From Acidobacteriota bacterium (GTDB lineage Bacteria > Acidobacteriota > Terriglobia > Acidiferrales > UBA7541): a stretch of DNA of 64,000 nucleotides. Each line of letters starts with the position of its first letter. Position 1 is the stretch's first letter. Made by a program: the position numbers and the translations under genes. The notes below the pieces were generated by a model. That model did not search any database and had not been told where the DNA came from. It worked only from the letters and a program-made list of their open reading frames with translations. This document shows positions 17,252 to 27,283 of the stretch, in pieces. The stretch spans positions 46,117 through 110,116 of the forward strand of contig JABCZR010000005.1 in the NCBI GenBank assembly GCA_013289585.1, written 5' to 3'.

Positions 17252-18598
17252 CTAGGACTTGGCGTACCGCTCGCTGTTAGGCTTCGAACCACTAAGCGCG
17301 AAAAATAAAATGTAAAGATAGCAGATGGCAGGCACGATCAAGGCATAGTGAAGCCCCTGACCCCAGATTGCGCCGCCGTAAGATTTTGCATTGATAAGAT
17401 CACCGATCTTTCCGACCGCCCACGGGATCGCCGCGCCCCCGACGATGGCCATGATCAGGACTCCGGAGCCGTCGCCCGTCAGGGGGCCAAGTTCCGCAAC
17501 ACCCAGTGTGAAGATGCTCGGGAACATGATCGAATTGAACAAGCCGACCAAGAGAATGGACCACATGGCCAATGGGCCATTGCTTAGAACGGAGACCGTT
17601 ACGAGGAGTGCCGCCATCACCGCGCAGAACGAGAGCACCGGTCTGGTTTTTATCTTCTGGAGGACGGCCGATCCGATGAAGCGGCCAATCATTGCGCCTC
17701 CCCAATAGAGTGAAATGTATTTGGCCGCAGCCCGCAATGCTTCCTGATAGCGAAGCGCGGTGTCTGGAATGCTGGTACTTGATACGAGGTGGCCGATGTT
17801 GTCCAAAGCGAGGTAATTTGCGATGGAGCTTCCAATGGCGACTTCCCCGCCGACGTAAAGGAATATCGCGATCGCGCCGAAGCTGAGATTGGGGTGCTTC
17901 CAAATGGAGTCGTTCACCTTTTCGCCGAGAGAGTGGGCGGCCGATGTAATCTTGGGAAGCTTAAAGCTTCCAATCACCACCGCCAGTAGAGCCAGCGCGA
18001 TGCCCAGTCCAACATACGGCTTGATAACAGAGGCGGCCTGCTGCGCCGGGTCTTCCGTAACGGCGGCAGCAGCGGATTTCAAAATAAACAGGCCACCGAT
18101 CCAGGGAGCAATCGTAGTTCCCAACGAGTTGAACGCCTGCGTCAGGTTCAGACGGCTTGAGGCGGTTTCCGGCTTGCCGAGAACCGTTACGTAGGGATTT
18201 GCGGCTACTTGAAGAATCGTTATTCCAGCTGCAAGCACGATGAGCGCCGTCAGGAAGAGTCCGAACGAAGGGATTCTCGCCGCCGGAACAAACAGGAATG
18301 CCCCAGCACCCATGGTCAGAAGACCGGCCACCATTGCTTTCTGATAACCCATCCAGTCGATGATTTTGGCGGAGGGGATCGAGAACACGAAGTATGCCGA
18401 GAAAAATGCCGTCTGAACCAGCATGCTCACCGCGAGCTTGAGATGGAAAACATGTTGGAAATGGGGAATCAGCACATCATTTAACGATGTCAGCGAGCCC
18501 CACATGAAAAACAGCGTCGTGACGATCGCCAACGCGCCGCCGTAGGAGGCTGCTACGTTGTTTCTGGCTGTTGGGCTGTTCACGGTCACACTGGTCAT
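17252..18598 (-). CDS. Sugar MFS transporter (FucP/GluP family)
   Basis: TTLFFMWG, LNDVLIPHF, ANPYVTVLG, RLNLTQAFNSLGTTIAP, YVGGEVAIGS and NSIMFPSIF. Confidence 0.9.
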   Translation of the reverse strand: MTSVTVNSPTARNNVAASYGGALAIVTTLFFMWGSLTSLNDVLIPHFQHVFHLKLAVSMLVQTAFFSAYFVFSIPSAKIIDWMGYQKAMVAGLLTMGAGAFLFVPAARIPSFGLFLTALIVLAAGITILQVAANPYVTVLGKPETASSRLNLTQAFNSLGTTIAPWIGGLFILKSAAAAVTEDPAQQAASVIKPYVGLGIALALLAVVIGSFKLPKITSAAHSLGEKVNDSIWKHPNLSFGAIAIFLYVGGEVAIGSSIANYLALDNIGHLVSSTSIPDTALRYQEALRAAAKYISLYWGGAMIGRFIGSAVLQKIKTRPVLSFCAVMAALLVTVSVLSNGPLAMWSILLVGLFNSIMFPSIFTLGVAELGPLTGDGSGVLIMAIVGGAAIPWAVGKIGDLINAKSYGGAIWGQGLHYALIVPAICYLYILFFALSGSKPNSERYAKS

Positions 18599-18929
18599 CG
18601 GTTCTCCTGTCCATCCTCTTGAAGAATCTATCTCACACGTCTCGCCACGGGAGCTGTCATGTCTATTCTCTTGTTCCCTTGGTTAAGGGGCTTCGGATAT
18701 TGACATACTCGGTGGGGAAACCAAACCGCCCCCGAATCATTCCGAGGCCACCAGCCTGGTTGTTGATCTCACCTGCCACCGCGACCCTGTCTGTAACCTT
18801 TCCGCATGCGAAGACTCTTACTGCGAGAGGGCAGAAAGCTCGTTCGGTTAACTTCCTGCATCCAATCCAATTAGACTTACGTAAGATAAAAGAGAAGCTG
18901 AGCCGTCACGGAACCTTCGGAGGAAAGAG

Positions 18930-19892
18930 ATGTTGATCCGCAAAGCCCCAGATTTGACCTACGCCGACGTGACGCCCAGGTGCGTGTACCTGGACCGGCG
19001 GAAGTTCCTCCAGGCCATGGGGATTGCCGGCGCCGCGGCAGTCGCGGGGAAAGGTTTGTTCGAACTGGCGTTGCCTTCGGATATCGCATTCGCCGCGACG
19101 AAATTGACCAGTTTGGTGAAAAGCCCCTACAGCACCACCGAAAAGCAGAACTCTTTTGAAGATGTGACCCACTACAACAACTTCTACGAATTCGGCACGG
19201 ACAAGAGCGACCCCGCTAAGAACTCGCAAAATTTCAAGACTTCACCGTGGACCGTCTCCGTGGAGGGCGAAGTCGCAAGACCACGCAAGTTCACCATGGA
19301 CGAAATCCTCAAGGTCGCGCCGCTCGAAGAACGCATCTACCGTCACCGCTGCGTCGAAGCCTGGTCCATCGTCGTGCCGTGGATTGGATTTTCGTTCAGC
19401 AACATCATCAACCTTGTGGAACCCGGGCCGAAAGCCAAGTTTGTCGCGTTCGAAAGCTACTTCGACCCCCGGCAAATGCCCCAGGCGAAATACGCAGGCA
19501 TCGATTTTCCGTACGTTGAAGGCCTGCGCCTCGATGAAGCCATGAATCCCCTCGCGCTTCTCTGCGTCGGCATGTACGGCGAGACGCTTGCCAACCAGGA
19601 TGGCGCTCCCGTACGCATGATCCTCCCGTGGAAATACGGTTTCAAGAGCGTCAAGTCCATCGTGAAAATCCGCTTCCAGGAGAAAATGCCGCCGACTACC
19701 TGGAATCGCCTCGCTCCCAATGAGTACGGCTTTTACTCCAATGTGAATCCCAATGTCGACCACCCGCGCTGGACGCAGTCGAAGGAACGCCGCCTGGGCG
19801 AAATCTTCAAGCGCCCCACGCTCATGTTTAACGGTTATGGCGATCAGGTTGCCAGCTTGTATACCGGCATGGACCTGAAGAAAAATTACTGA
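18930..19892 (+). CDS. msrP: Protein-methionine-sulfoxide reductase catalytic subunit MsrP
   Basis: Tat motif DRRKFL; THYNNFYEFGTDK, YRHRCVEAWS, PWKYGFKSVKSI and NEYGFYSNVNP. Confidence 0.95.
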   Translation: MLIRKAPDLTYADVTPRCVYLDRRKFLQAMGIAGAAAVAGKGLFELALPSDIAFAATKLTSLVKSPYSTTEKQNSFEDVTHYNNFYEFGTDKSDPAKNSQNFKTSPWTVSVEGEVARPRKFTMDEILKVAPLEERIYRHRCVEAWSIVVPWIGFSFSNIINLVEPGPKAKFVAFESYFDPRQMPQAKYAGIDFPYVEGLRLDEAMNPLALLCVGMYGETLANQDGAPVRMILPWKYGFKSVKSIVKIRFQEKMPPTTWNRLAPNEYGFYSNVNPNVDHPRWTQSKERRLGEIFKRPTLMFNGYGDQVASLYTGMDLKKNY

Positions 19893-19905
19893 GCGAGTCC
19901 TTCGC

Positions 19906-20550
19906 GTGCGAAGAATCCTCACCGGCAAATGGACCAAAGTCCTCGTATTTCTGCTTTGCCTCGTCCCGTTTTTCGAATTGCTCGATCGCGCCCTGCACAA
20001 CCGGCTGGGCGCCAATCCTGTCGAATTCCTCCAGCACGCCACGGGCGACTGGATTCTACGCTTTCTTATTTTCACGCTGGCCATCACCCCGCTCCGCAAA
20101 CTATTCAAGCAGCCCGATCTCATCCGTTTCCGGCGCATGCTCGGTCTCTTTGCCTTTTTTTACGCGTGCCTGCATTTCCTCACTTACATCGGCCCCGATC
20201 AATCTTTCGACTTTTCCGCCATGCTGAAGGATGTCGCCAAGCGCCGCTATATCGCCGTTGGCTTCACGGCTTTCGTCTTGCTCATCCCGCTGGCGATTAC
20301 TTCCACGACGGGATGGATTCGCCGCCTCGGCGGAAAGCGCTGGCAGATACTTCATCGCGCCATTTATGTCTCCGCTGTGCTCGGCGTCATACATTATTAT
20401 TGGCTGGTAAAATCCGACGTCCGCAAGCCACTATTCTACGGCGCGCTCGTCGCTATTCTTCTGTTGTGGAGATTGGGAAGCTGGATTTCGAAGCGCAGGA
20501 GCCAGGCGCCTGTCCGGGCCGCAGCGCCGCCCGTTTCAGTGAGTGGCTGA
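19906..20550 (+). CDS. msrQ: Heme-binding membrane subunit MsrQ
   Basis: GANPVEFLQHATGDW, RRMLGLFAFFYACLH, WQILHRAIY and HYYWLVK; follows msrP. Confidence 0.93.
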   Translation: MRRILTGKWTKVLVFLLCLVPFFELLDRALHNRLGANPVEFLQHATGDWILRFLIFTLAITPLRKLFKQPDLIRFRRMLGLFAFFYACLHFLTYIGPDQSFDFSAMLKDVAKRRYIAVGFTAFVLLIPLAITSTTGWIRRLGGKRWQILHRAIYVSAVLGVIHYYWLVKSDVRKPLFYGALVAILLLWRLGSWISKRRSQAPVRAAAPPVSVSG

Positions 20551-20889
20551 AGAGTTTTCCGCCGGCGAATCGTTGAATTCCAGGCCCCAGAAATGCGGCG
20601 CAGGCGTAAGAAATTCCACTCCCACGCGCTGACCTTTGTCCACCGGTTCACCCAGGTAGACCACGCGGCATTCTTGTTCTTCCAGCGTCAATGGGTTAGT
20701 AATCACCAGCATTTCGCCCGCGTCAATCTCGTGCTGCAGGAATAGCAAGCCACCATGGCCGTTGACCACCACGGTTTCGCAAGTCTCGCGGAACTTTTTG
20801 CCGTTGTGCGCGCGGCCTTGCGCCAGAATGCGCATTTTGTGGAAGACGCGAGAGCTCCGCCGGGGAGAGGCTGCAGTGATTTCGCTCAT
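20536..20889 (-). CDS. PilZ domain protein
   Basis: RRSSR motif followed by TVVVNGHGG, and GVEF near the C-terminus. ATG chosen at 20889. Confidence 0.75.
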   Translation of the reverse strand: MSEITAASPRRSSRVFHKMRILAQGRAHNGKKFRETCETVVVNGHGGLLFLQHEIDAGEMLVITNPLTLEEQECRVVYLGEPVDKGQRVGVEFLTPAPHFWGLEFNDSPAENSSATH

Positions 20890-20918
20890 AGCCCCATCTT
20901 CAAGGGCCCCCGCTACAC

Positions 20919-20959
20919 CGTCAATCTGTCCCTCCGTACAGGTGTTCCCCATCCGCAAC
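20919..20959. repeat. Repeat B (41 bp), exact copy at 24827-24867
   Basis: CGTCAATCTGTCCCTCCGTACAGGTGTTCCCCATCCGCAAC in both places. Confidence 0.92.
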
Positions 20960-21199
20960 TTCGCCCTCTGAACCCGCGAAAGAATCAACTGACCCTCGTG
21001 TGCCCGCTCGGCGGCCATGCCCTGGGCAAGCCCGCTACTGCCCAATGAGCGTTTCGTACGCGATGGCGAGAAGTTTCAGGCAGCAATAGATTTGCCGGTG
21101 GCCAAAGACACCGGACCGCCGCTCCGCATCTTCATCGCTGATAGGTCGTGAAGAATATCTATTGAAGTGTAATAATCGCTAACGGTAGGCCCAGAGGCT

Positions 21200-23014
21200 A
21201 TGGCTTGGTTCGCTAGTCGTTCACCCGTGTGTGCGCTCCCGCAGCCGATTTTTTGGCTCCGCGCCCTTGCCTCGGCAATCCTGCTCCTGTGGCTTATGCC
21301 CACCAGCTTTGCGATTGCACAGTCGAATCAGCAGTCTGCTACTCCAGAGAAGGGTCCATCTTCGGTTCGCGGCACAGTCCTGAATCGTCTTACACACGAA
21401 CCGATCGCCCGCGCCCTCGTGTATTCCCAGGACCAGCAATACGCCACGATGACGGACAGCATTGGCCACTTCGAGTTTAAGTTCTTGCCTCGAAAGCCCG
21501 AACCCGCACAGAATCTGAAGGCCGCGACCAATGCTGGTGCGATTGGCCCTCAGAATATTCCCTCCTCGCCATATTTTCTGCCGACAGAATTCCTGGCGCG
21601 CAAACCAGGTTTTCTGCAAGACCCGGGCACTCCCTACGATGCCCGCACCGGTTCTGATTCGCCGGCACTTACCATCTACCTGGATCCAGAATCTTTGATC
21701 ATCGGTCATGTCAGCATCCCGGGCTTGGAAGGCTACCTCCGTTTCGATTTGCAGCTTTACCGCCGCGATATCAGTGGCGGGCGGGAACATTGGAATTCAG
21801 TGCGCGCGGTTACCACTTGGACCGACGGCGAGTTTCGTTTCTTCGATCTTGCGGCTGGCACCTACAAGCTCGTGACCGAAGAGCAACTCGATCGGGATCC
21901 GCTGACCGCAATTCCCGGCGGACAGCTCTTTGGTTACCCGCCTGTTTTTTTCCCCGGAGTTTCGGATTTCGCGGCAGCCGGCGCGATTCAGCTTGCCGCA
22001 GGCGCAACGTTTCAGGCCAATGTCTCTCCAGCTCGCCGCCAGTATTACCCCGTCAAGATTCCAGTTGCGAATCCGGCTTTGGGTCAATTGACTAACATCC
22101 GCGTCTATCCGCTTGGGCATCCCGGCCCCGGCTATTCTCTTGGATATGATTCCGCGGAGCAGCTGATTCAGGGCAGTCTTCCAGACGGTAGTTACACGCT
22201 GCAGGCGGAGACCCAGGGCCAGCCGGGTTCAGCGGGAATTCTGAATTTCTCAGTGCGCGGCGCGCCGCTGGATGGACCCGCCTTTAACCTGATTCCGAAC
22301 GCCTCGTTGCTCGTGAACGTGAGGGAAGAATTCGAATCCGCGCAGAGCGTTTTTGTGGAAGGAACGAGCGAAACTTCGCCCGGTTCGTCGAACATTGAAG
22401 CGATCCGGCAGGTAAACCTTCAGGTCATACTCACGCCGATCGAGGAATTTGGTTTGTCGCGTGCCCGTTCATCGGAGCCGATACAGGGCACTCGGGACCA
22501 TGCGGTGATCATCCAAAATGTTTCTCCGGGCCGTTACCGCGTGGAGATAAACTCTGGCGTCGGTTACGCTGCCAGCGCCCTCTCCGGTGGGACGGACGTT
22601 TTGCATGAACCACTGATAGTCGGAATGGGCGGCGCGGCTTCCGCGCTTCAGGTCACTTTGCGCGATGATGGAGCCTCTGTGGATGGCACCGTCGAGAACG
22701 AACCAAGTGAAGACCCACGGCCACCGCAAAGCCATGGCTCCCGGCCTTCGTGTTATATCTATTTTTTGCCTGTCGCAGGGAGCAGTGCGCAATTTCGCCA
22801 ATCGAATAGCAATTCCGAGGGAACATTTTCACACTGGCAGTTGCCGCCGGGTTCCTATCTTGTTCTCGCTTTTGATCGCGCTCAGAACGATCTTGAATAC
22901 TCCAACACGGAAACGGTGCACAAGCTTGAGTCCAAGGGACAAGTTATCCATGTCGAACCCGGCGACAAAGTGCATCTGCATTTAACCGTAGTTCCCGGGA
23001 GCAATCCGCGATGA
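21200..23014 (+). CDS. Secreted carboxypeptidase-regulatory-like domain protein
   Basis: Signal peptide; SSVRGTVLN, TDSIGHFEF, GEFRFFDLAAGTY, YPPVFFPG and PPGSYLVLAF. Confidence 0.8.
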   Translation: MAWFASRSPVCALPQPIFWLRALASAILLLWLMPTSFAIAQSNQQSATPEKGPSSVRGTVLNRLTHEPIARALVYSQDQQYATMTDSIGHFEFKFLPRKPEPAQNLKAATNAGAIGPQNIPSSPYFLPTEFLARKPGFLQDPGTPYDARTGSDSPALTIYLDPESLIIGHVSIPGLEGYLRFDLQLYRRDISGGREHWNSVRAVTTWTDGEFRFFDLAAGTYKLVTEEQLDRDPLTAIPGGQLFGYPPVFFPGVSDFAAAGAIQLAAGATFQANVSPARRQYYPVKIPVANPALGQLTNIRVYPLGHPGPGYSLGYDSAEQLIQGSLPDGSYTLQAETQGQPGSAGILNFSVRGAPLDGPAFNLIPNASLLVNVREEFESAQSVFVEGTSETSPGSSNIEAIRQVNLQVILTPIEEFGLSRARSSEPIQGTRDHAVIIQNVSPGRYRVEINSGVGYAASALSGGTDVLHEPLIVGMGGAASALQVTLRDDGASVDGTVENEPSEDPRPPQSHGSRPSCYIYFLPVAGSSAQFRQSNSNSEGTFSHWQLPPGSYLVLAFDRAQNDLEYSNTETVHKLESKGQVIHVEPGDKVHLHLTVVPGSNPR

Positions 23015-24672
23015 TTTTCATTCCGCACATTTTCCGCCTGATCTTCTTCATGTGTGGTCTCGCGTTTCTGCATCCCGGCATCGGGCTTGCTACGCAGAAT
23101 CGGAATCCTGAGACGCGAACAGATTCCCAACCCGGGCAATCGTTCAAGATCGCGGGAACGGTCGTGAATGCCAATACTGGCACGCCTCTCGCGCAGGCCC
23201 GTATCTCCATAGCACGCGCCAAGGATCCCGGAAAGTTTACTTCGATCGTCACCTCCGAAGACGGCCACTTCGAGTTTTCGCAACTAGCGGCTGGAAAATA
23301 TACCTTGCAGGGGGCGAAACGCGGTTTCATTTCCGCTGCCTACGAACAACATGAACAATTCTCCACGGCAATCGTTACCGGACCGGACTTCTCGACCGAA
23401 AATCTGCTGCTTCGTTTGACACCAATGGCAATAATCACGGGCCACGTGTTTGATGAATTTGGCGATCCGGTCCGTAACGCGAACATTTATCTATTCCAGG
23501 AACGGCATACAGGGGGAGGCAGCCGTATCGTCCGTATGGCTTTCTCCATAAGTGATGATCGGGGTTTTTACGATATCGCTCTTTTGCGGCCCGGCAACTA
23601 TTATCTTTCCGTCGCCACTAAACCTTGGTACGCGGTTCATTCGGTCACTGCTCTAGATCCCGCACTTGATGTGGCTTACCCCGTTACTTTTTACGATGGC
23701 GCGACCGAAGCGGACCGTGCCACTCGCATCGAATTGAACGGCGGTGATCGTCTCCAAATTGACATACATCTCAATCCGGTACCCGCATTACACATCTTTT
23801 TTCGAATCCCTGAGAATGGCCCCGACCCGCAGAATCAATTCACCGTGCCGACCTTGCAAAAGTCCGTCTTCGACTCTCCGGAGTTAGTACAGCCGGAAGG
23901 CACCCGCCAGGTGGCGCCGGGCTTGTATGAGTTGTTTGGTATTCCACCGGGGCGCTACACCACCAGAATAAAAAACTCGGGCTCAGGCCAACTCGAGCAA
24001 TCCACAGACCTCGACATTACCCGCGACGGGCAGGATCTGAACGATACTCGCGGCGAGCCGCTTGGCTCTCTGAAGTTGTCCTTCAGATTGCCAGGTGATG
24101 AAACGCTTCCAAAGCAATATACCGTCGGCCTGCAGGATTCCGGGCGGCGGTTCGTGGGCTTCCGGCGAGGAGATTCCTCTGGGCAGGTCGCATTCGAAGA
24201 TCTGGCCCCGGGAAAGTATGCGATTCTCATCCTCTCCGCGACGAAACAACTTTCCGTTGTGCGAACCACTTCACCGTCAAGCGACTCCCCTGGTCATGAC
24301 GTAACCATTACGCCTGGAACCGCGCTTGAACTTACAGCTTCTCTGGCCGTGGGCATTGTCAATATTGAGGGAATAGTGAAAAAGAAGGATAGACCACTCG
24401 CCGGCATCATGGTTGCTCTGGTGCCGAAAAATCCGGAAGCACATATTGAATTGTTTCGCAGGGATCAAAGCGACTTTGATGGGACCTTCCTCTTGCAGGG
24501 AGTGATTCCCGGGTCCTACACGATCGTCGCCGTGGAAGATGCCTGGGGGTTTGAGTGGTTACAACCCGGCGCCCTCGCCCGATATGTCCAACACGGACAG
24601 AATCTGATCGTAGGTAATCTGATGCTTGGAACTGTGCACCTCCCCGATCCGGTCGAAGTACAGCCGCATTGA
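23011..24672 (+). CDS. Second secreted carboxypeptidase-regulatory-like domain protein
   Basis: FKIAGTVVNA, SEDGHFEF, GHVFDEFGDPV, YPVTFYDG and RDQSDFDGTF. ATGA overlap with the upstream paralog. Confidence 0.8.
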   Translation: MIFIPHIFRLIFFMCGLAFLHPGIGLATQNRNPETRTDSQPGQSFKIAGTVVNANTGTPLAQARISIARAKDPGKFTSIVTSEDGHFEFSQLAAGKYTLQGAKRGFISAAYEQHEQFSTAIVTGPDFSTENLLLRLTPMAIITGHVFDEFGDPVRNANIYLFQERHTGGGSRIVRMAFSISDDRGFYDIALLRPGNYYLSVATKPWYAVHSVTALDPALDVAYPVTFYDGATEADRATRIELNGGDRLQIDIHLNPVPALHIFFRIPENGPDPQNQFTVPTLQKSVFDSPELVQPEGTRQVAPGLYELFGIPPGRYTTRIKNSGSGQLEQSTDLDITRDGQDLNDTRGEPLGSLKLSFRLPGDETLPKQYTVGLQDSGRRFVGFRRGDSSGQVAFEDLAPGKYAILILSATKQLSVVRTTSPSSDSPGHDVTITPGTALELTASLAVGIVNIEGIVKKKDRPLAGIMVALVPKNPEAHIELFRRDQSDFDGTFLLQGVIPGSYTIVAVEDAWGFEWLQPGALARYVQHGQNLIVGNLMLGTVHLPDPVEVQPH

Positions 24673-24778
24673 ACCCAACTCGTTGCGCTGCTGGCCGCGT
24701 CCTCGAATCGGGGCCGCAGGTCCTGTGGCTTCGTTTGCCCTGTCTGTCATCGCCAAACTGAAGAACATTCGACGCCCC

Positions 24779-24867
24779 GTGCGCTTGTACTTGACGATGG
24801 GCCAGTCATAGAATAATGACTAGCGGCGTCAATCTGTCCCTCCGTACAGGTGTTCCCCATCCGCAAC
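24779..24867. repeat. A|B junction: repeat A (24779-24828) fused to repeat B (24827-24867) with a shared CG
   Basis: The first 50 bp match 33192-33241 at 48/50; the last 41 bp match 20919-20959 exactly. Confidence 0.9.
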
Positions 24868-24915
24868 CTTGCGGTTGACCGCGACGGCGGCGTGTACCTG
24901 AAGCTGATACCGCTC

Positions 24916-25512
24916 CTAAACTTGTTCATCGAGAATTTGGATGTAGGTTTTGCCGTAGGGATAGAAGAGTTCCTTGCGGCCTTCCTGCCACGCCGCTTTG
25001 AGTTCGGGCGTGGTGATGTCCCAGTCCGGCCGGCATTTCTTCGTAACGGCACGCAGGTCCTGGCGGAGATCTTCCAGAGTGGGACGGCCGAAGAACCAAT
25101 AGCCGTTGTAAATCTTATAAATGACAAGGCCGGGCTCGAGGACAATCACATGAGGGATCATGGGATTGTGGAGTGGATCGGTGTATTCGGCGATGTCGAG
25201 ATCTTTTTGGACCGTACGCCCCGCGTCGGAGAGAAAAGGCTAGTGGGCGCCAACTCCGCTGCGATATTCATTTGTCTCGGTGATATTGTCGGTGCTGATG
25301 GTGACAAGCCGACAATAGGCAACCTCGAGTTCACGATGGAGTTGAACAAGCAGCTCAGCCTGGCGGCGGTCCTTCGGGCAAAAACCTCCGCGGCTGAGGA
25401 CGAGAACCATAGGATGTTGTCCTTGCAATTCGGAGAGTTTGCGGCGCTTCGCGATGTGGTCGGAAAGCTCATAGTCGGGGAAGATAGCCCCTGGAACCAG
25501 GTCAGATCGCAT
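24916..25512 (-). pseudogene. Redoxin/peroxiredoxin-like gene interrupted by an in-frame TAG
   Basis: FPDYELSD and SRGGFCPKD. The frame reads GVGAH-TAG-PFLSDAGRTVQKDLDIAEYTDPLHNPMIPH and continues to 24916. Confidence 0.8.
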
Positions 25513-25694
25513 AGGAAACCCTCCATTCGTCGGTTCTGCGTCGCTAGTTTACGCTCAATAGTCAGTGGCCTGGCGTTCTCGTAGTGACCTCGCGTATGTG
25601 CCAGGCCAGCCGCTGTGTCCGAACCCCGATACTTTGGCGCAGTAAGGTGATGGGGGTCGGAAAGTTATTCAGTGGGTTGCGATGTTGGTCCCCT

Positions 25695-26729
25695 TCACAT
25701 CGTCAGAACGACGCGAAACTGGGCGTTTCCGCTCATCATGCGCGCGTAAGCCTCGGCAGCTTTTTCGAGCGGATAGGTTTCAATCATCGGGCGCACGCCG
25801 GTTAGTTCGGCGAAACGCAGCGTGTCCTCGGCATCCGCTGGTGTTCCCGTGGCCCACCCTTGAATCGTTCGGCGGCCATTGATTAATTGTGCCGGAGTGA
25901 CCGCGAGGGGCTCCATGTCCGCGCCCACGACAATGAGCTCGCCGTTCGGCCCCAGGCCGTCAAACACCTCGGACATCGCTTTGGAGCTTGGAGCTGTCGC
26001 CAGGATGACCTTTGCGCCGCCCAGTTTTTGCAATTCCTGGGCTGCGTTCGTCGCTTTGTTATCGATGTACATGCTCGCGCCGAGTTTTTTTGCAAGCGCA
26101 GCGCTTTCCGACCCGCGCCCGACGGCCGCGACCTTATAACCAAACTTGTTCGCGAATTGAATTCCCAGGTGACCCAGACCGCCGATACCCAGCACGGCAA
26201 CGAGGTCGCCGGGCATCGTACCGCTGTGCCGCAGCGCGTTGTATGTCGTGATTCCGGCGCAGAGCAGTGGCGCGGCGTCGACGTCGCTTAGACTTTCCGG
26301 TATCGCCGTCAGCGCCTCCATGGGAGCTACCATGTATTGCTGGTATCCGCCGTCATAGCTGATGCCCGCTATTTTCATATTCTGGCAATTGCCAAAATCC
26401 CCGCGCCGGCACTGGAGACACGTATTGTCGTGTCCGCCGTGCCAGCCAACTCCCGCGCGCTGTCCCTGTTTCCATCCGGACACACCGGCGCCCAGCTCAT
26501 CGATAATGCCAGCGACTTCGTGTCCCGGCACGCGTGGGTATTGGATGCCCGGCCACAGGCCTTCTTTAGTGAACATGTCGCTGTGGCAGACGCCACAGGC
26601 CTGCACCTTGATGCGCACTTCTCCCGCACCCGGCTTGGGAATCTCGCGCTCGACAATCTCGAAATCGGCTCCCGGTTTAGGAATCTGCGCCGCCTTCATT
26701 GGTGCTATCGCGACTTTCGAAGTTGCCAT
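25695..26729 (-). CDS. Zinc-dependent alcohol dehydrogenase
   Basis: CGVCHSD, GHE, CLQCRRGDFGNC, APLLCAGITTY and GIGGLGH. Confidence 0.93.
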   Translation of the reverse strand: MATSKVAIAPMKAAQIPKPGADFEIVEREIPKPGAGEVRIKVQACGVCHSDMFTKEGLWPGIQYPRVPGHEVAGIIDELGAGVSGWKQGQRAGVGWHGGHDNTCLQCRRGDFGNCQNMKIAGISYDGGYQQYMVAPMEALTAIPESLSDVDAAPLLCAGITTYNALRHSGTMPGDLVAVLGIGGLGHLGIQFANKFGYKVAAVGRGSESAALAKKLGASMYIDNKATNAAQELQKLGGAKVILATAPSSKAMSEVFDGLGPNGELIVVGADMEPLAVTPAQLINGRRTIQGWATGTPADAEDTLRFAELTGVRPMIETYPLEKAAEAYARMMSGNAQFRVVLTM

Positions 26730-27283
26730 AAACCCTCCCTTGAAATTTCAATTGCTGTTGAAAAAGCGCTAACTGCTAGTACCTGTTTACCTCAGGTGGC
26801 ATTCCGCGAAAATGTAGTCTTTTGCCGTTACGATCGTGTGGTTCTCGCCTAACTTCGAGCGTCTTCGGCTGCTGGAGCGCAGAGACAGATGTGGGCTGGC
26901 GGCATCGGTGACGATAGGAAATCGATTCACGCGATTTCTCGTCCACATCGATTCCACCTCTGAGTTCAGAAAGTGATTTGCTGGAAGGCCAAGGTGGGGA
27001 GCCAAGGACTTACTGCACTCTCCCTTAGCAACTGCCAATTTTACTTAGGTAATCCTTCCTGTCAAGAGTAGGCCTCTGAGCACTCCATTGCCGTAAGGTC
27101 GCAGTAGTTGTTCTGTTCCCATTATTGGCTCGGCAGCCATCTTCATCTGGTTTTACCGATCGGGGAAACAATGGCATCGCACAATGGGCCGATTCGGTAA
27201 GATATGCAAGCTCCAGCCTGATGGACGCGGGAATATCCGCGATCTTGTCATTTTGTTTTGCCGAGTCTGTGAGGAACGCCTGT

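Noticed and set aside
25240-25242. Pyrrolysine recoding of the TAG
   Set aside because: The position appears to be a Trp, no pyl genes are in the window and only one such codon is seen.
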